Source: Planctomycetota bacterium (GTDB taxonomy: Bacteria > Planctomycetota > JAJSAM01 > JAJVHW01). From it: a stretch of 64,000 bases of DNA. The stretch spans positions 448,001 to 512,000 of the forward strand of contig CBDFJG010000003.1 in NCBI GenBank assembly GCA_965248445.1. Direction: 5' to 3'. Position numbers and translations under genes: made by a program. The notes under the pieces are model-generated. The model did not search any database, had not been told where the DNA came from, and saw only the letters and a list, made by a program, of their open reading frames with translations. The first letter of the stretch is position 1. Each line of letters opens with the position of its first letter. Positions 32,170 to 42,500 of this stretch are shown here, piece by piece.

Positions 32170-33707
32170 GTACCCGTTCAGGTACGGCACCCGAGCCTGA
32201 CGCTCAGCGCGCGACCGGCAGCGCGACCAGCGCGGGCGGCGGTTGCCCGCGCACCGCTGCGTTCGTCGCGGCGACGAGGTAGTCGAAGACGTCGTCGCCG
32301 CGCTGGCGCAGCGTCGCCGTGACGGTCAGGATGCGTTCGACGAAGCGTAGATCGCGCTCGCTCTGACTGCCGTAGCAGCCCTTGCGCCAGAGCACCGGTT
32401 TGCGGACTGCGCGCTCAGCGGTGTTGTTGGTCGGCGAGACGCCGGGGACATCGGCGAAGGTCAGCAGCGCCTCGGCTCGGTCGAGCAGATGACGGCTCGT
32501 CCCGCGCACCTTCTTGTGCCGGCTCTCGGCGCCGCGGACGAGCAGGCGCACGAGCCGCTCCCACGTCGGGCGGAGTTCGCGCTGCATGCGCTCGCGATCG
32601 CCGTGCTCGGTGAAGTGCCGATGACTCCGCATCACCGCCTGCGCGAGCAGCACGGCCTGCTTGCCGAAGCGACGACCGCCGCGCGACCCCTCGGCCAGCG
32701 CGCGAAAGTCCCGCTCGAGATGCGCCCAGCAGACCTGGCGGCTCTCGACCGGGTGCTGATCGTACGCGCCCATGCGATCGGTCACGAGCACACCGGCGAA
32801 GCGTCGCCCGATCAGGCGGCGCATCGCGCCGGCGCTCCGCCGACGATCGATCCGGTGCGCGACCGCTGACTCCGACACGCCGCTCCAGAGCCAGTGGCCC
32901 TTTCCTCCGAGCGACCACGGGGTCTCGTCCACGTACGCGACGTCGCTTCGGCGCACGGCGCCGAGCGCCTCGGCATGTGCGGTTCCGAGGGCGCCCGAGA
33001 CGCGCTCCTCGATCGCGCTCACCGTGCCCGGCGACATCGACACGCCGATGACGTCGCGGAGAAGGAGACTCACCTCTCGCCGCGAGAGACGGAAGACGCC
33101 GACCAGGCCGGCGGTGAGTGCGCAGAGCCGCGGACCGAAGGGACTGCGCGTCACGCCCGCCGGCAGCGGCGCAGTCGTCGTCTCCTCGCAGTCGCGACAG
33201 CGAGCACGATGGAGGCGGTGCTCGGTGACCTCGACCAGACGCGGCGGGATCTCGAAGACCTGATGGCGGTGTGGCGGCCGCGTGAGCAGCTCAAGTTCGC
33301 TGCTGCCGCAGACGCTGCACTCGCTCGGCCGGTGGTCCTCGACCGAGTCGACCTCGGACTCGTCGATGAGCTTGCGCGTCGTGCCGGTGTGTCCGGGCTG
33401 AGCACCCTGGCGCTTCTTCGACGGCGGCTTGCGCTCACGACGCTTCTTGCCCCACGGCGGGTCCGACGATGGTGGCCGCGAGGACGTGCGCGAGTCTCGG
33501 CGAAGTCGGCTCTCGAGATCGTCGATCCGCGACGCTTGGCGCTCGATCACCTCGTCGCGCTTCGCGACCTCATGCTCCAGGTCATCCACGCGACGGACCA
33601 GACCTTCTACGAGTTCCCGGAGATCGCCGCCGCCGCCCACATGGGCTTCATCGTCCTCGCACGTCGCGATCTGGATCCGGGATCAGACGCAATGCCTGAA
33701 CGGATAC
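32170..33707 (-). mobile_element. Intact IS66 (ISBst12-like); transposase 32204-33640
   Basis: Ends GTACCCGTTCAGG and CCTGAACGGATAC, 8-bp duplication CGAGGAGG. Confidence 0.95.
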
Positions 33708-33723
33708 CGAGGAGGAACCGGCT

Positions 33724-34767
33724 ATGGCAAAGGCTACACGTTTCGTGATCGGGATGGAGCTGGGCGACCGCGTGGTGCATGTGTGTGTGCTGGACCGCAA
33801 GACGGGCGAGATCGTGGGCGAAGGGCGCGTCGCGACGACGCGTGCTCGCCTGACGGAGTTCCTCGGCGAGATCGAGCGATCGAAGGTGGTGATGGAGAGC
33901 GGGACGCACTCGCCGTGGATCAGCCGCCTCGCCGAGGGTCTTGGTCACGACGTCATCGTGGCCGATGCGCGTCGGCTGCGCGCGGTGTGGGACTCGCCCA
34001 AGAAGAGTGACCGCCGCGACGCGCTGGTTCTGGCGCAACTGGGGGCCGGGCACCCAGGGCTCCTTCATCCGGTGTCTCACCGGAGCGAGCGCGCACAGAC
34101 CCACATGGTCGTGCTCCGAGCGCGCGAGCGTGTGGTCGACGCGCGTACGAAGTTGGTCAATGCCGCGCGGGGCTCGGTGAAGTCGCTCGGGTACCGATTG
34201 CCCGCTTGCTCCGCTCCGAGCTTCCATCGCAAGGCACGCGAGGCGGTGCCGGAAACCCTCGTGGACGCCCTGGCCCCGCTGTTCGACGCGATCGCAGCGT
34301 TGACGGAGAGCATCGCGCGCTACGACCGCGAAGTCGAGCGTCTCGGCCGCGACGCGTATCCGGTGACACGACGCCTTCGCGAGGTACCCGGCTGCGGTCC
34401 CGTCACCGCGCTCGCCTACGTGCTCGTCGTCCACGACCCAGAGCGCTTCTCGCGCAATCGCGACGTGGGCGCGTACGTCGGTCTCGTCCCGCGCCAGGAC
34501 CAGTCGGGCAAGATCGATCGCCAACTCAGGATCACGAAGTGCGGCGACCGGATGCTCCGCCGGCTGCTCGTGCAGTGCGCGCACTACGTGCTCGGACCAC
34601 ACGGGCCCGACAGCGACCTGAGACGCTGGGGTCTGGAGCTGGCGCAACGGGGCGGGAAGAACGCGAAGAAACGGGCGACCGTCGCGGTCGCCCGCAAGCT
34701 CGCCGTGCTCTTCCACGCTCTGTGGATGAAGGACCGCGCGTACGAGCCGCTCGCTCGAGCGGCGTGA
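33724..34767 (+). CDS. IS110 (IS1111-type) recombinase
   Basis: IGMELGD, VMESG, KSDRRDA, DQSG, VAVARKLAV. Confidence 0.93.
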   Translation: MAKATRFVIGMELGDRVVHVCVLDRKTGEIVGEGRVATTRARLTEFLGEIERSKVVMESGTHSPWISRLAEGLGHDVIVADARRLRAVWDSPKKSDRRDALVLAQLGAGHPGLLHPVSHRSERAQTHMVVLRARERVVDARTKLVNAARGSVKSLGYRLPACSAPSFHRKAREAVPETLVDALAPLFDAIAALTESIARYDREVERLGRDAYPVTRRLREVPGCGPVTALAYVLVVHDPERFSRNRDVGAYVGLVPRQDQSGKIDRQLRITKCGDRMLRRLLVQCAHYVLGPHGPDSDLRRWGLELAQRGGKNAKKRATVAVARKLAVLFHALWMKDRAYEPLARAA

Positions 34768-34769
34768 TG

Positions 34770-35045
34770 ACCGACTGAACACCACGAACAACACGGGAGT
34801 CTGATCGACCGAGCAACGCGCCCACCCGGGCGATGCCCATCTCCCAACTCGAAGGCGCGACGACTGCGGTGGCTGAACGGGCCCGGCCCCGGCCGAGGCC
34901 GCGTAACTGATGGCAGCGTCGCCCTCGAGCGGATGCCTTAACGTGCACCGGGTCCAAACGACCCCTTGACGAGTGCGGATGGATGCGTGCAGAGGGAGCC
35001 GGCAACGCACAACGTGGGCGGATCGCCAAGTCGATCCGACTGCTT
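34770..35045 (+). ncRNA. Candidate bridge/seek RNA of the IS1111-type element
   Basis: Non-coding region downstream of the recombinase, the known position in IS1111-type elements. Guides not resolved by eye. Confidence 0.6.
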
Positions 35046-35051
35046 GACATC

Positions 35052-35778
35052 ACTCCTCTATCACAAGGCGCTCTGGAGTGTGCTGTCGGCCCTGCTGTTC
35101 CTGTCGGTCTTCCTGCAACTCTTCGAGAGTGACAACCACAAGTTCCTCATGAGCTATTGGGTGTTCGCCGTCGCACTCGCGCTCCACACCGATGCGGGTA
35201 GTCTGTTGGCGTGGAACGGACGATGGTTGATCGGGCTGTGTTTCACGTTCGCGGTGGGTTGGAAGGCGTTGAGTCCGGACTTCCTGACGGGTGAGTTCAT
35301 GGAGTACACGCTGCTCGTCGACTCCCGCTTCGCCTCCTTCACGCAGTTGGTGGCGTCCGTGCCGGACGAGGTCATGGCCGCGAATCGACTTGCCCGTCAC
35401 CAGGTCGTGGACCTGACCGTGACCTCCGCGCCGATGACCGTGCCCGCGGGCGTGACGCGCCTCGCGGTCGTGCTCACCGCAACGACCATGGCGCTCGAGA
35501 CCGCGATCGCAGCGTCGTTCCTGCTGGCGAGGCGTGTGCGGTGGTTGCGCCGGCTCCGGAACTGGCTACTGATCGCGTTCTGCCTCTCCACGTATGCGAT
35601 TGCGACCGTCACCGGGTTCGCATGGACGGTGTGCATTCTCGGTCTGGCGCAGAGCCGTCGGTCGGAACGGGCGGCGCGTCTCGCCTACATCGGCACGATC
35701 TGCGCGATCTCCGTGTTCTCCATCGACTGGGGCGGACTGGTGCGCGGGATCGCCGTCGTCTTCAGAGGTGACCTGTGA
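35052..35778 (+). pseudogene. Multi-pass membrane protein (HTTM-like), 5' truncated
   Basis: Several TM helices, DNHKFLMSYW and FTFAVGWKALSPDFLTGEF. No native start after the IS junction. Confidence 0.6.
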
Positions 35779-38197
35779 GCGCGCCCCGTCGCCGCGCCGT
35801 GCTGGCGGCCGCTCTCGTCGGCCTCGGTCTGAGTCTGATGGCGCTCGTGGCGGAGCGGGCACCTCGGACGCATGCTTACTCACTTCCAGCGATACGACGA
35901 CTGCGCTCTGACGTCGACCAGCTCGCCTCACAGAGTGCGAGGCTTGCACGCGCGGAGCGGTCGCTCCGGCGCGGCTCTTCGGAGGCCCGCACCGCAGCGG
36001 CGCCCGTAGCGAAGATGGATCTCGATGACGTGTCCGCGCGAGTGGGCGCGCTCGAAGCGTGGTTGGAGGCCCAGGAGTCCGCAGAGGTTTCCGACGAATC
36101 CGGGGAACCCGGCGCGCGCGCGAAAGCGGCCGCACGGCTCCTCATGGCAGCGCGCCAGGTGCTCTGGGACGAGGAAAGCGATTCCGCGGCCCGTATCGAT
36201 GCGCTTGGTGTGCTCGATGTCCTAGCCCGAATCGTTCACCAGCCGGGAATCTGAGCGGGCCGTCGTCTGTCTAAGTGCTCGTACTCGCTAGTACTTGCAC
36301 CGACAGGAGCGCCGGCCCGATGACGACAGACTGTAGCCCGCAGGGGACCCTCTTCGCGGGCATCTGTGGACGCACCGCGGTGACGCGCTTCGACGCCGGT
36401 ACCGTGACGAGCGACGGGGGCGTGCTGCTGCTCGAGCGGGTCGATCGTCGCATCGATCTGCTCTCGCGGTTTGCGCGCTGCTTCGGGGACCACCGGGACC
36501 CGCGTCGGGTCGAGCACACGGTCGGCCAGATGCTGCGTCAGCGGGTCTTCGGGCTGTGCGCGGGCTACGAGGATCTGGTGGACCACGACCATGTCGGCAA
36601 GGACCCGCTGTTTGCCGCGGCGTGCGGCAAGCGCGAGGGTGCTCTGGCCACGCACCCGACGCTCTCGCGGCTCGAGACCACGCAGCTCGGCGCCACGGCA
36701 CAGACGCGCTACGCCAAGATCGAGATGGACCAGGAGCGCGTGGACAGCGTGCTCAGCGACGTCTTCTGCGAGGCCATGGGGCCGGAGGATCCGGGCCTGC
36801 TCGTGCTGGACCTGGACCACTCCGACGTGCGGCTGCACGGCCGGCAGGAGGGCCGCTTCTTCCACGGCTACTACGGGCACTACTGCTACCTGCCGCTGTA
36901 CGTCTTCTGCGGCGAGCACCTCTTGCTCGCTCGGCTCCAGACCGCTGACAGAGATCCCGCGCGCGGAGTCGTGGACGAGCTCCGTGCGCTGGTCTTACGT
37001 CTGCGGCGCCGCTGGCCCCGGGCCAAGGTGCTCGTGCGCGCAGACTCGGGCTTTTGCCGCGAGGAGCTGATGGCCTGGTGCGAGGCCGCCGGCCACTTCT
37101 ACCTGCTGGGCATGGCGCGCAATGAGCGCCTTGAGCGACACGTCGAAGACGCGCTCGATGAGGCCGCAGCCCGTGCCGTGCAGACCGGCCGAGCAGCCCG
37201 GGTCTTTCGCGACTTTGCCTGGACCACGCTGGGGAGCTGGAGCCAGAGGCGTCGCGTGGTCGCCAAGGCCGAGCACCTGCCGGGCGGCAAGCGCAATCCC
37301 CGCTTCGTGGTGACCAATCTGCCGCCTCGTAGCTGGAGCAGCAAGCGTCTCTACGAGCAGCTCTACTGCGCCCGGGGCGAGGCGGAGAATCGCATCAAGG
37401 AGCAGCAGCTCGAGCTCTTCGGCACCCGTCTGTCGGTGCACACGATGCAGGGCAACGCCGTGCGGATGGCCATGTCGGCCATGGCCTACGTCCTGACCTG
37501 TGCGCTGCGACGCATCGGTCTCGCCGGCACCGAGATGGCGCGTGCGCAAGCCGGCACGATCCGCCTGCGGCTGCTCAAGATCGGCGCGCTCGTGCGGATC
37601 ACGACGCGCCGGATCTGGGTCTCGATGTCCTCGTCGTGGCCCTGGCAGCACGTCTTCGAGCGCTGCGCGCAACGACTGCTGGCATCCCCGAAGCCGACCT
37701 GACGTCCCGCCGCGCCGTCCGCCACACCACCGCCCGGCCTACGGTCTGCCCACACCGCAGAATCCGCGCCGTTTCGGCCGCTCACTCGCGTTGCCCTTGT
37801 GGCAACGACGACAGCATCCGCCCTCGCCTGGCCAAGATCTGACCCTGTGGACTCCGAAAGCACCGTCATCGCGACGTCTCGTGAACAGATGCGGCTAGGA
37901 ATCTGGACTCCGGCCGACGTCGACCAACTCGTCGGGGCTTTCCACGACAGTCCGCAAGTGCGGGATCGGCGCTTGCTGCTCGCTGCCGTGCGGCACTGCG
38001 AAGCGCCTGCGTGGCAGAACCTGCTGGCCGATACGGTCACGCGGACGACGTACGACAGTGCTGTTCGGACCGAGTCGCTCCTGCACCTGGCGCGCATATC
38101 CGGTCGCTCGTCGGAGGCTCGGGCGCACCTCCGCGAGATCGCGAGTCGAACGGACATGCCGGCGTACTCCCTGCTCGCTCAACAGTATCTGCAATGA
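35775..38197 (+). pseudogene. TM, coiled-coil and helical-repeat protein split by IS1380
   Basis: Removing 36226-37898 restores the frame: ...LDV-L-GIWTPADVDQ... to TGA at 38197. Confidence 0.8.
36226..37894 (+). mobile_element. Intact IS1380-family element; transposase 36320-37702
   Basis: Ends CCCGAATCGTTCAC and GTGAACAGATGCGG, CTAG duplicated on both sides. Motifs FDAGTVTSDGG, FHGYYGHYCYLPL, VRADSGF, YCARGEAENRIKE. Confidence 0.95.
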
Positions 38198-39024
38198 AGC
38201 CACACGACATCAGGACCGTGGACATGAAGACGACACTTCTCGCCGTGGGATCTCTCGTTCTTGGCGTGGTTGCCGTAGCGGTCGCCTGGTTCGGGCCGAG
38301 CGGCCGCGGCTTTCGCGGCGACGTCAGTGCGGAGTTGCAGGCCATCCGGGAACGCCAGAGGCGTCAGGAGGACCGGATCGACGCGCAGTTGGGGGAGCTC
38401 GAGGATCTCCGTCGTTCAGCGGGCGCTGGGCGACCGGAGAATGGCGCCGGGAGCGCGATGTCGCCCGAACACGCGGCGCTCCTCGATCGGCTTGCCGCGT
38501 TGGAGTCGCACGTCGACGCCCGGCGCACCGCCGACAGGGAGGCGCTGGCGAGGTTCAGCGAGGTGCGTCGAGGAGCGGCTCCCGCGACGCGACGCGACCT
38601 CGTGGCACTCGACACCTCGCGGCTGGAACGGTGGTTCCAGGAGTCTTCGCGATCGCCGGAGTCTCGTCTCACGATCCTGGAGGAGTTGACGAGCCGGAAG
38701 GACCGGGAGCCCGCGCTCTCGACGACGATCGCGCCGGCCGCCGCGGAGTGGTTGCGCGTCGAGACGTCGCCCTCCGTCCGCCGCTCGCTGATCGCTCTCC
38801 TGAACGACGCCGACGACCTCGGATTGCGGCTGCGAATCGCCGAGATCGCGCAGGAGGACGAGAGCCGCATCGTGCGGGAGCAAGCGGTCGGATACCTGGC
38901 ACGCTACGTCGACCAGAGGGACGTCCTCCTGCTGTTGGAGCGCATCGCCGAGCACGACCCGTCGGACGAAGTACGGCGCGCGGCAGGACGCGCCCTCGCG
39001 GGGGACCACCCCAACCAGGACTGA
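38194..39024 (+). CDS. Membrane-anchored coiled-coil HEAT-repeat protein
   Basis: ATGA overlap with the previous stop, TM LLAVGSLVLGVVAVAVAWF, HEAT motifs DESRIVREQAVGYL and DPSDEVRRAAGRAL. Confidence 0.75.
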   Translation: MKPHDIRTVDMKTTLLAVGSLVLGVVAVAVAWFGPSGRGFRGDVSAELQAIRERQRRQEDRIDAQLGELEDLRRSAGAGRPENGAGSAMSPEHAALLDRLAALESHVDARRTADREALARFSEVRRGAAPATRRDLVALDTSRLERWFQESSRSPESRLTILEELTSRKDREPALSTTIAPAAAEWLRVETSPSVRRSLIALLNDADDLGLRLRIAEIAQEDESRIVREQAVGYLARYVDQRDVLLLLERIAEHDPSDEVRRAAGRALAGDHPNQD

Positions 39025-39032
39025 CGGCGAGT

Positions 39033-39230
39033 GTGGAGTCGAGGGCGGACGCGGTGGCCATAGATCGGGATGAGTAGCAGTTCGCCGGCGGCTTTCGCCA
39101 CGGTGCCGGTGCCTCAGGTCCCGTCGTAGCTCCGTCTTCCGCCCCCGCTCGTCAAACCGGACGTGCGGATCTCCCGCATCCGGCTTCCCGACTGGGTTCT
39201 CGTGTTGGCTGTCACAGTCCATCCAGTTGC
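39033..39230 (-). ncRNA. Group II intron 3' remnant (domains V and VI)
   Basis: Minus strand AAGCCGGATGCGGGAGATCCGCACGTCCGGTTT (39186-39154), then a long domain VI ending CTCGACTCCAC. No RT gene in the window. Confidence 0.88.
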
Positions 39231-39289
39231 ACGTCACGCAGACGCAGCACGCCGAGCGGCCCGAAGATCGTGGCCGCGCCGACCGGCTG

Positions 39290-39824
39290 GCGAGCTACGA
39301 CCGCGTGCCGGGAAAGTGTCGCCAGCTCTGCTGGGCGCACCTCGAGCGCGACTTGCGCGCGTTTGCCGTGGGGCCTCGCTCGGGCCGCGCCTTCGGTGAG
39401 GCGGGACTCGAGATCGCGCAGGCGCTGATGCGGGGTGTGCGCGAGCACAAGACGCACGGCGACCGCGAGCGACTCCAAGCCGAACTGCGCCCGCACCTCG
39501 GGCGCCTGATCGACCTGCTCGTAGAAGGCGCCTGCAGCGACACACCCGGAGTCAGCGGCTTCGCCGCGCACCTGCTGGCTCGCGCCGACTCGCTCTGGGT
39601 GTTGGCCGACCGCGAGGGCGTGCCGCCCACGAACAACGCCGCCGAGCGCGCCATCCGCAAGGCGGTGCTCTGGCGAAAGGGCTGCTTTGGCAGCCAGAGC
39701 GAGCGAGGGCTTCGCTTCGTCGAGCGGATGATGACCGTCGTCGCAACCAAGAGGCGACGAGCCGAGGGTGTCCTCGACTACCTGGTCGAGGTCGCCCGCA
39801 ACGCGATCACCGCCACTCCGGCTC
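39290..39824 (+). mobile_element. IS66 transposase C-terminal fragment
   Basis: RQLCWAHLERD, PPTNNAAERAIRKAVLWRK. Cut by IS256. Confidence 0.85.
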
Positions 39825-41223
39825 GAGGTATGACCAAAAGTTGTGGCTGTGCGTTCTGGACATGAAGGCGGCGTACCCTTGGTGACTCGACGAAGAGTTC
39901 ACCCGAGCCCCCGACACGGGGGAAGGAGTACGCCGTGGATGAGACTACGACGACGGAGGCGCTGAGCCCAGCGCAGAGCGGTACGAAGGACGCGTTGACG
40001 GAGATATGCAGGGAGGGGGCGCGCCGGATGCTGGCAGCGGCGCTCGAGGCGGAGGTCGAGGGCTTCGTCGGGCGGTTCGCTGCCGTGGTCGATGGCGAAG
40101 GCCGGCGCGTGGTGCGCCGCAACGGCTACGCGCAGGAGCGCCAGCTGCAGACGGGCCTCGGCGACGTGGAGGTCTGCGCCCCGCGGGTGCGCGATGACCG
40201 CAAGGGCAGCGCTGAGCGCATCCGCTTCACGAGCGCGATCCTGCCGCCCTACCTCAGGCGCACGAAGGCCCTCGAAGAACTCCTGCCGTGGCTGTACCTC
40301 AAGGGTGTCTCGACCGGCGACTTCAGCGAGGCTCTTGCAGCACTTCTCGGCCCCGACGCCCCAGGGCTCTCGGCCACCCAGATCGTGCGGCTCAAGGCGG
40401 CGTGGGAGGGCGAGTACGGGATCTGGACGAAGCGATCGCTCGCCCACAAGCGCTTCGTCTACCTGTGGGCCGACGGGATCTACTTCAACGCGCGGCTGAC
40501 CGGCGAGCGCAGCTGCATCCTGGTCGTCATCGGCGCGACGGCCGAGGGCGAGAAGGAACTGCTCGCCGTGCACGACGGTGTGCGCGAGAGCGAGATCTCG
40601 TGGAAGGAGGTGCTGCTGGATCTGCGCGAGCGCGGGATCAGCGTGCCGCCCGAGATTGCGGTGGGCGACGGCGCGCTCGGTTTCTGGAAGGCGCTGCGCC
40701 AGGTCTTCCCGACGACACGCGAGCAGCGCTGCTGCGTGCACAAGACGGCCAACGTGCTGAACAAGCTGCCGAAGTCGGTGCACAAGGACGCCAAGAGTCG
40801 CCTGCACGACATCTTCCTGGCCCCCACCCACAAGGACGCCGAACGCGCCTTTGGAGTTTTCGGCGAGCTCTTCGGCGCGAAGTACCCCAAGGCCGTGGGG
40901 TGTCTCGAGAAGGACCGCGAGGAACTCCTCGCCTTCTACGACTTCCCGTTGCCGAGCACTGGACGCACCTGCGGACCACGAACCCGATCGAGTCCACCTT
41001 CGCGACCGTCCGGCTGCGGACGAAACGGACGAAGGGCTCAGGGTCAGCGAAAGCGTGCCTCGCCATGGTCTTCAAGCTGGCCCTGGCGGCCCAGCGCAAG
41101 TGGAGGAAACTCAACGCAGCTCAGCTGCTGGCGGACGTCATCACCGGCGTCCGCTTCAAGGATGGCATCAAGGTCGCCGCCTGAAATGCAACGGGCCCCA
41201 GCCACAACTTTTGGTCATACCTC
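39825..41223 (+). mobile_element. IS256-family element; transposase 39935-41184, frameshift near 40948
   Basis: Perfect 25-bp inverted repeat GAGGTATGACCAAAAGTTGTGGCTG. Motifs YLWADGIY, GDGALGFW, TTNPIESTF. The flanks do not match. Confidence 0.93.
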
Positions 41224-41558
41224 ATAGGTCGATGGCGCGGGTCACTGCGCCGACCCCCTGTGTGCCTTCGTGTGCCTTACGGCTGTGGCGACGGACGGCG
41301 CACAGGCTCGGACCGCTGCGTCAGCCGTCGCCCAACGACGCCTGCGGTAGCCTCCCGGCGCTTCTGGGAGAACCCACCGCTGCACTACCGCTGCACAACG
41401 TCCGCCCGCTCCTGCGGCTTGTGCGGCTTGTGCAGCGCGGGACACGCGTAAGTCCTTATTTTGCAGGGGTCTTACGTTGCTTCGGGAGCAAGTGCTCTTG
41501 CGGGCTCGACGGGTCTGCCTCGGGGGAGCCGTTCTGGCCAAAGCCAGAGAGCCGCGCC

Positions 41559-42030
41559 TTACTGCGTCGACGGCGAGGTCGCAGCCGGTGCGCCAAGGCG
41601 ACCCAGGAGCGCGGCCTCGACTGCCAACCGCGCTCGCGGTGTAGGCTGCTGAGTAATGCCAGTCTCCAGTCGCCAGAGCGTCCCCTCGTCGAGGGAGAGG
41701 ACTTGGGCAGCCTTCGCTCGGGTGAGGCCCACGGCCCGCCGCCATCGGCCAAGCCGCTCTCCAAGGGTGGTGGCTGGCTCAAGCAGGCTGTAGCCAAGGT
41801 ACATATATATGGAAGGCCGATGCCGGGTCCGGGGGGTGGAATGCCCCCGTTCCCAGTTCAGGAGGGTGAAGGGGGAGACGCCAATCTGGCGGGCAGCCTC
41901 AATCTGACGCTCGCCGCGGTCCAGCCGGCACTTGAGTAGGTGCTTTCCCAGCGTCTGAGGCTCAGTTGGGTACCCCTGGGGCTTGAGCTTCTGTGTCGAG
42001 AGCGAGACATGACAAATAGGCCACGCAATC
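41559..42030 (-). pseudogene. Tandem XRE helix-turn-helix regulator at the island end, frameshifted
   Basis: WPICHVSLSTQKLKPQGYPTEPQTLGKH..., and TLGERLGRWRRAVGLTRAKAAQVLSLDEGTLWRLETG. Confidence 0.7.
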
Positions 42031-42031
42031 C

Positions 42032-42487
42032 TGCCCTTGTGGCTACGGGGTGCCGCCGCAGTGTAGTTGCACGCCGGTCATCCGGTCGCGTTACGAGCGC
42101 AGACTCTCGGGACCGGTGCGCGACAGAATCGACCTGCGCGTGTACGTGCGCGCGGTCGAGTACAAGAAGTTGCGCGGCGGCGAGCCGGCGCGCGACACGG
42201 CCTCTATGCGCGAATACGTCGAGCGCGCGCGCGCTGCGCAGTCCGTCCGTCAGGGCGTCCGCCTGAACGCGCACCTCCCGCCGCGCGGCCTCGAGGCGCA
42301 CTGCAGGATCGACGACCAGGCCTCAGCGCAGATCGAAACGGCCTGCAACGCGGGCAAGCTGACCGCGCGCGGCGTCGCCCGCATTCTCCGCGTCGCGCGC
42401 ACCGTCGCCGACATTGCCGGCGAGGCCGCGATCTCCGAGAACCACGTCACGCTGGCCCTCGGCTGGCGTCTGCCGCCGCGGGGCTGA
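42032..42487 (+). pseudogene. comM: 3' half of ComM/YifB Mg-chelatase-like ATPase
   Basis: CPCGY...CSCTP...RYERRLSGPVRDRIDL...LTARGVARILRVARTVAD. Homology starts abruptly at CPCG. Confidence 0.9.
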
Positions 42488-42500
42488 TCGAATCGTGTCG

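Larger units (their letters stand above)
32097..35051 (+). mobile_element. IS1111-type IS110 element; left end split by the other IS110 and by an IS66, right terminus unclear
   Basis: Short left end whose CCGGTCCCTGCCTCGG pairs with the RBS region CCGAGGAGGAACCGG once the IS66 is removed. ~280-nt right non-coding end finishing with TTGACA. Confidence 0.8.
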
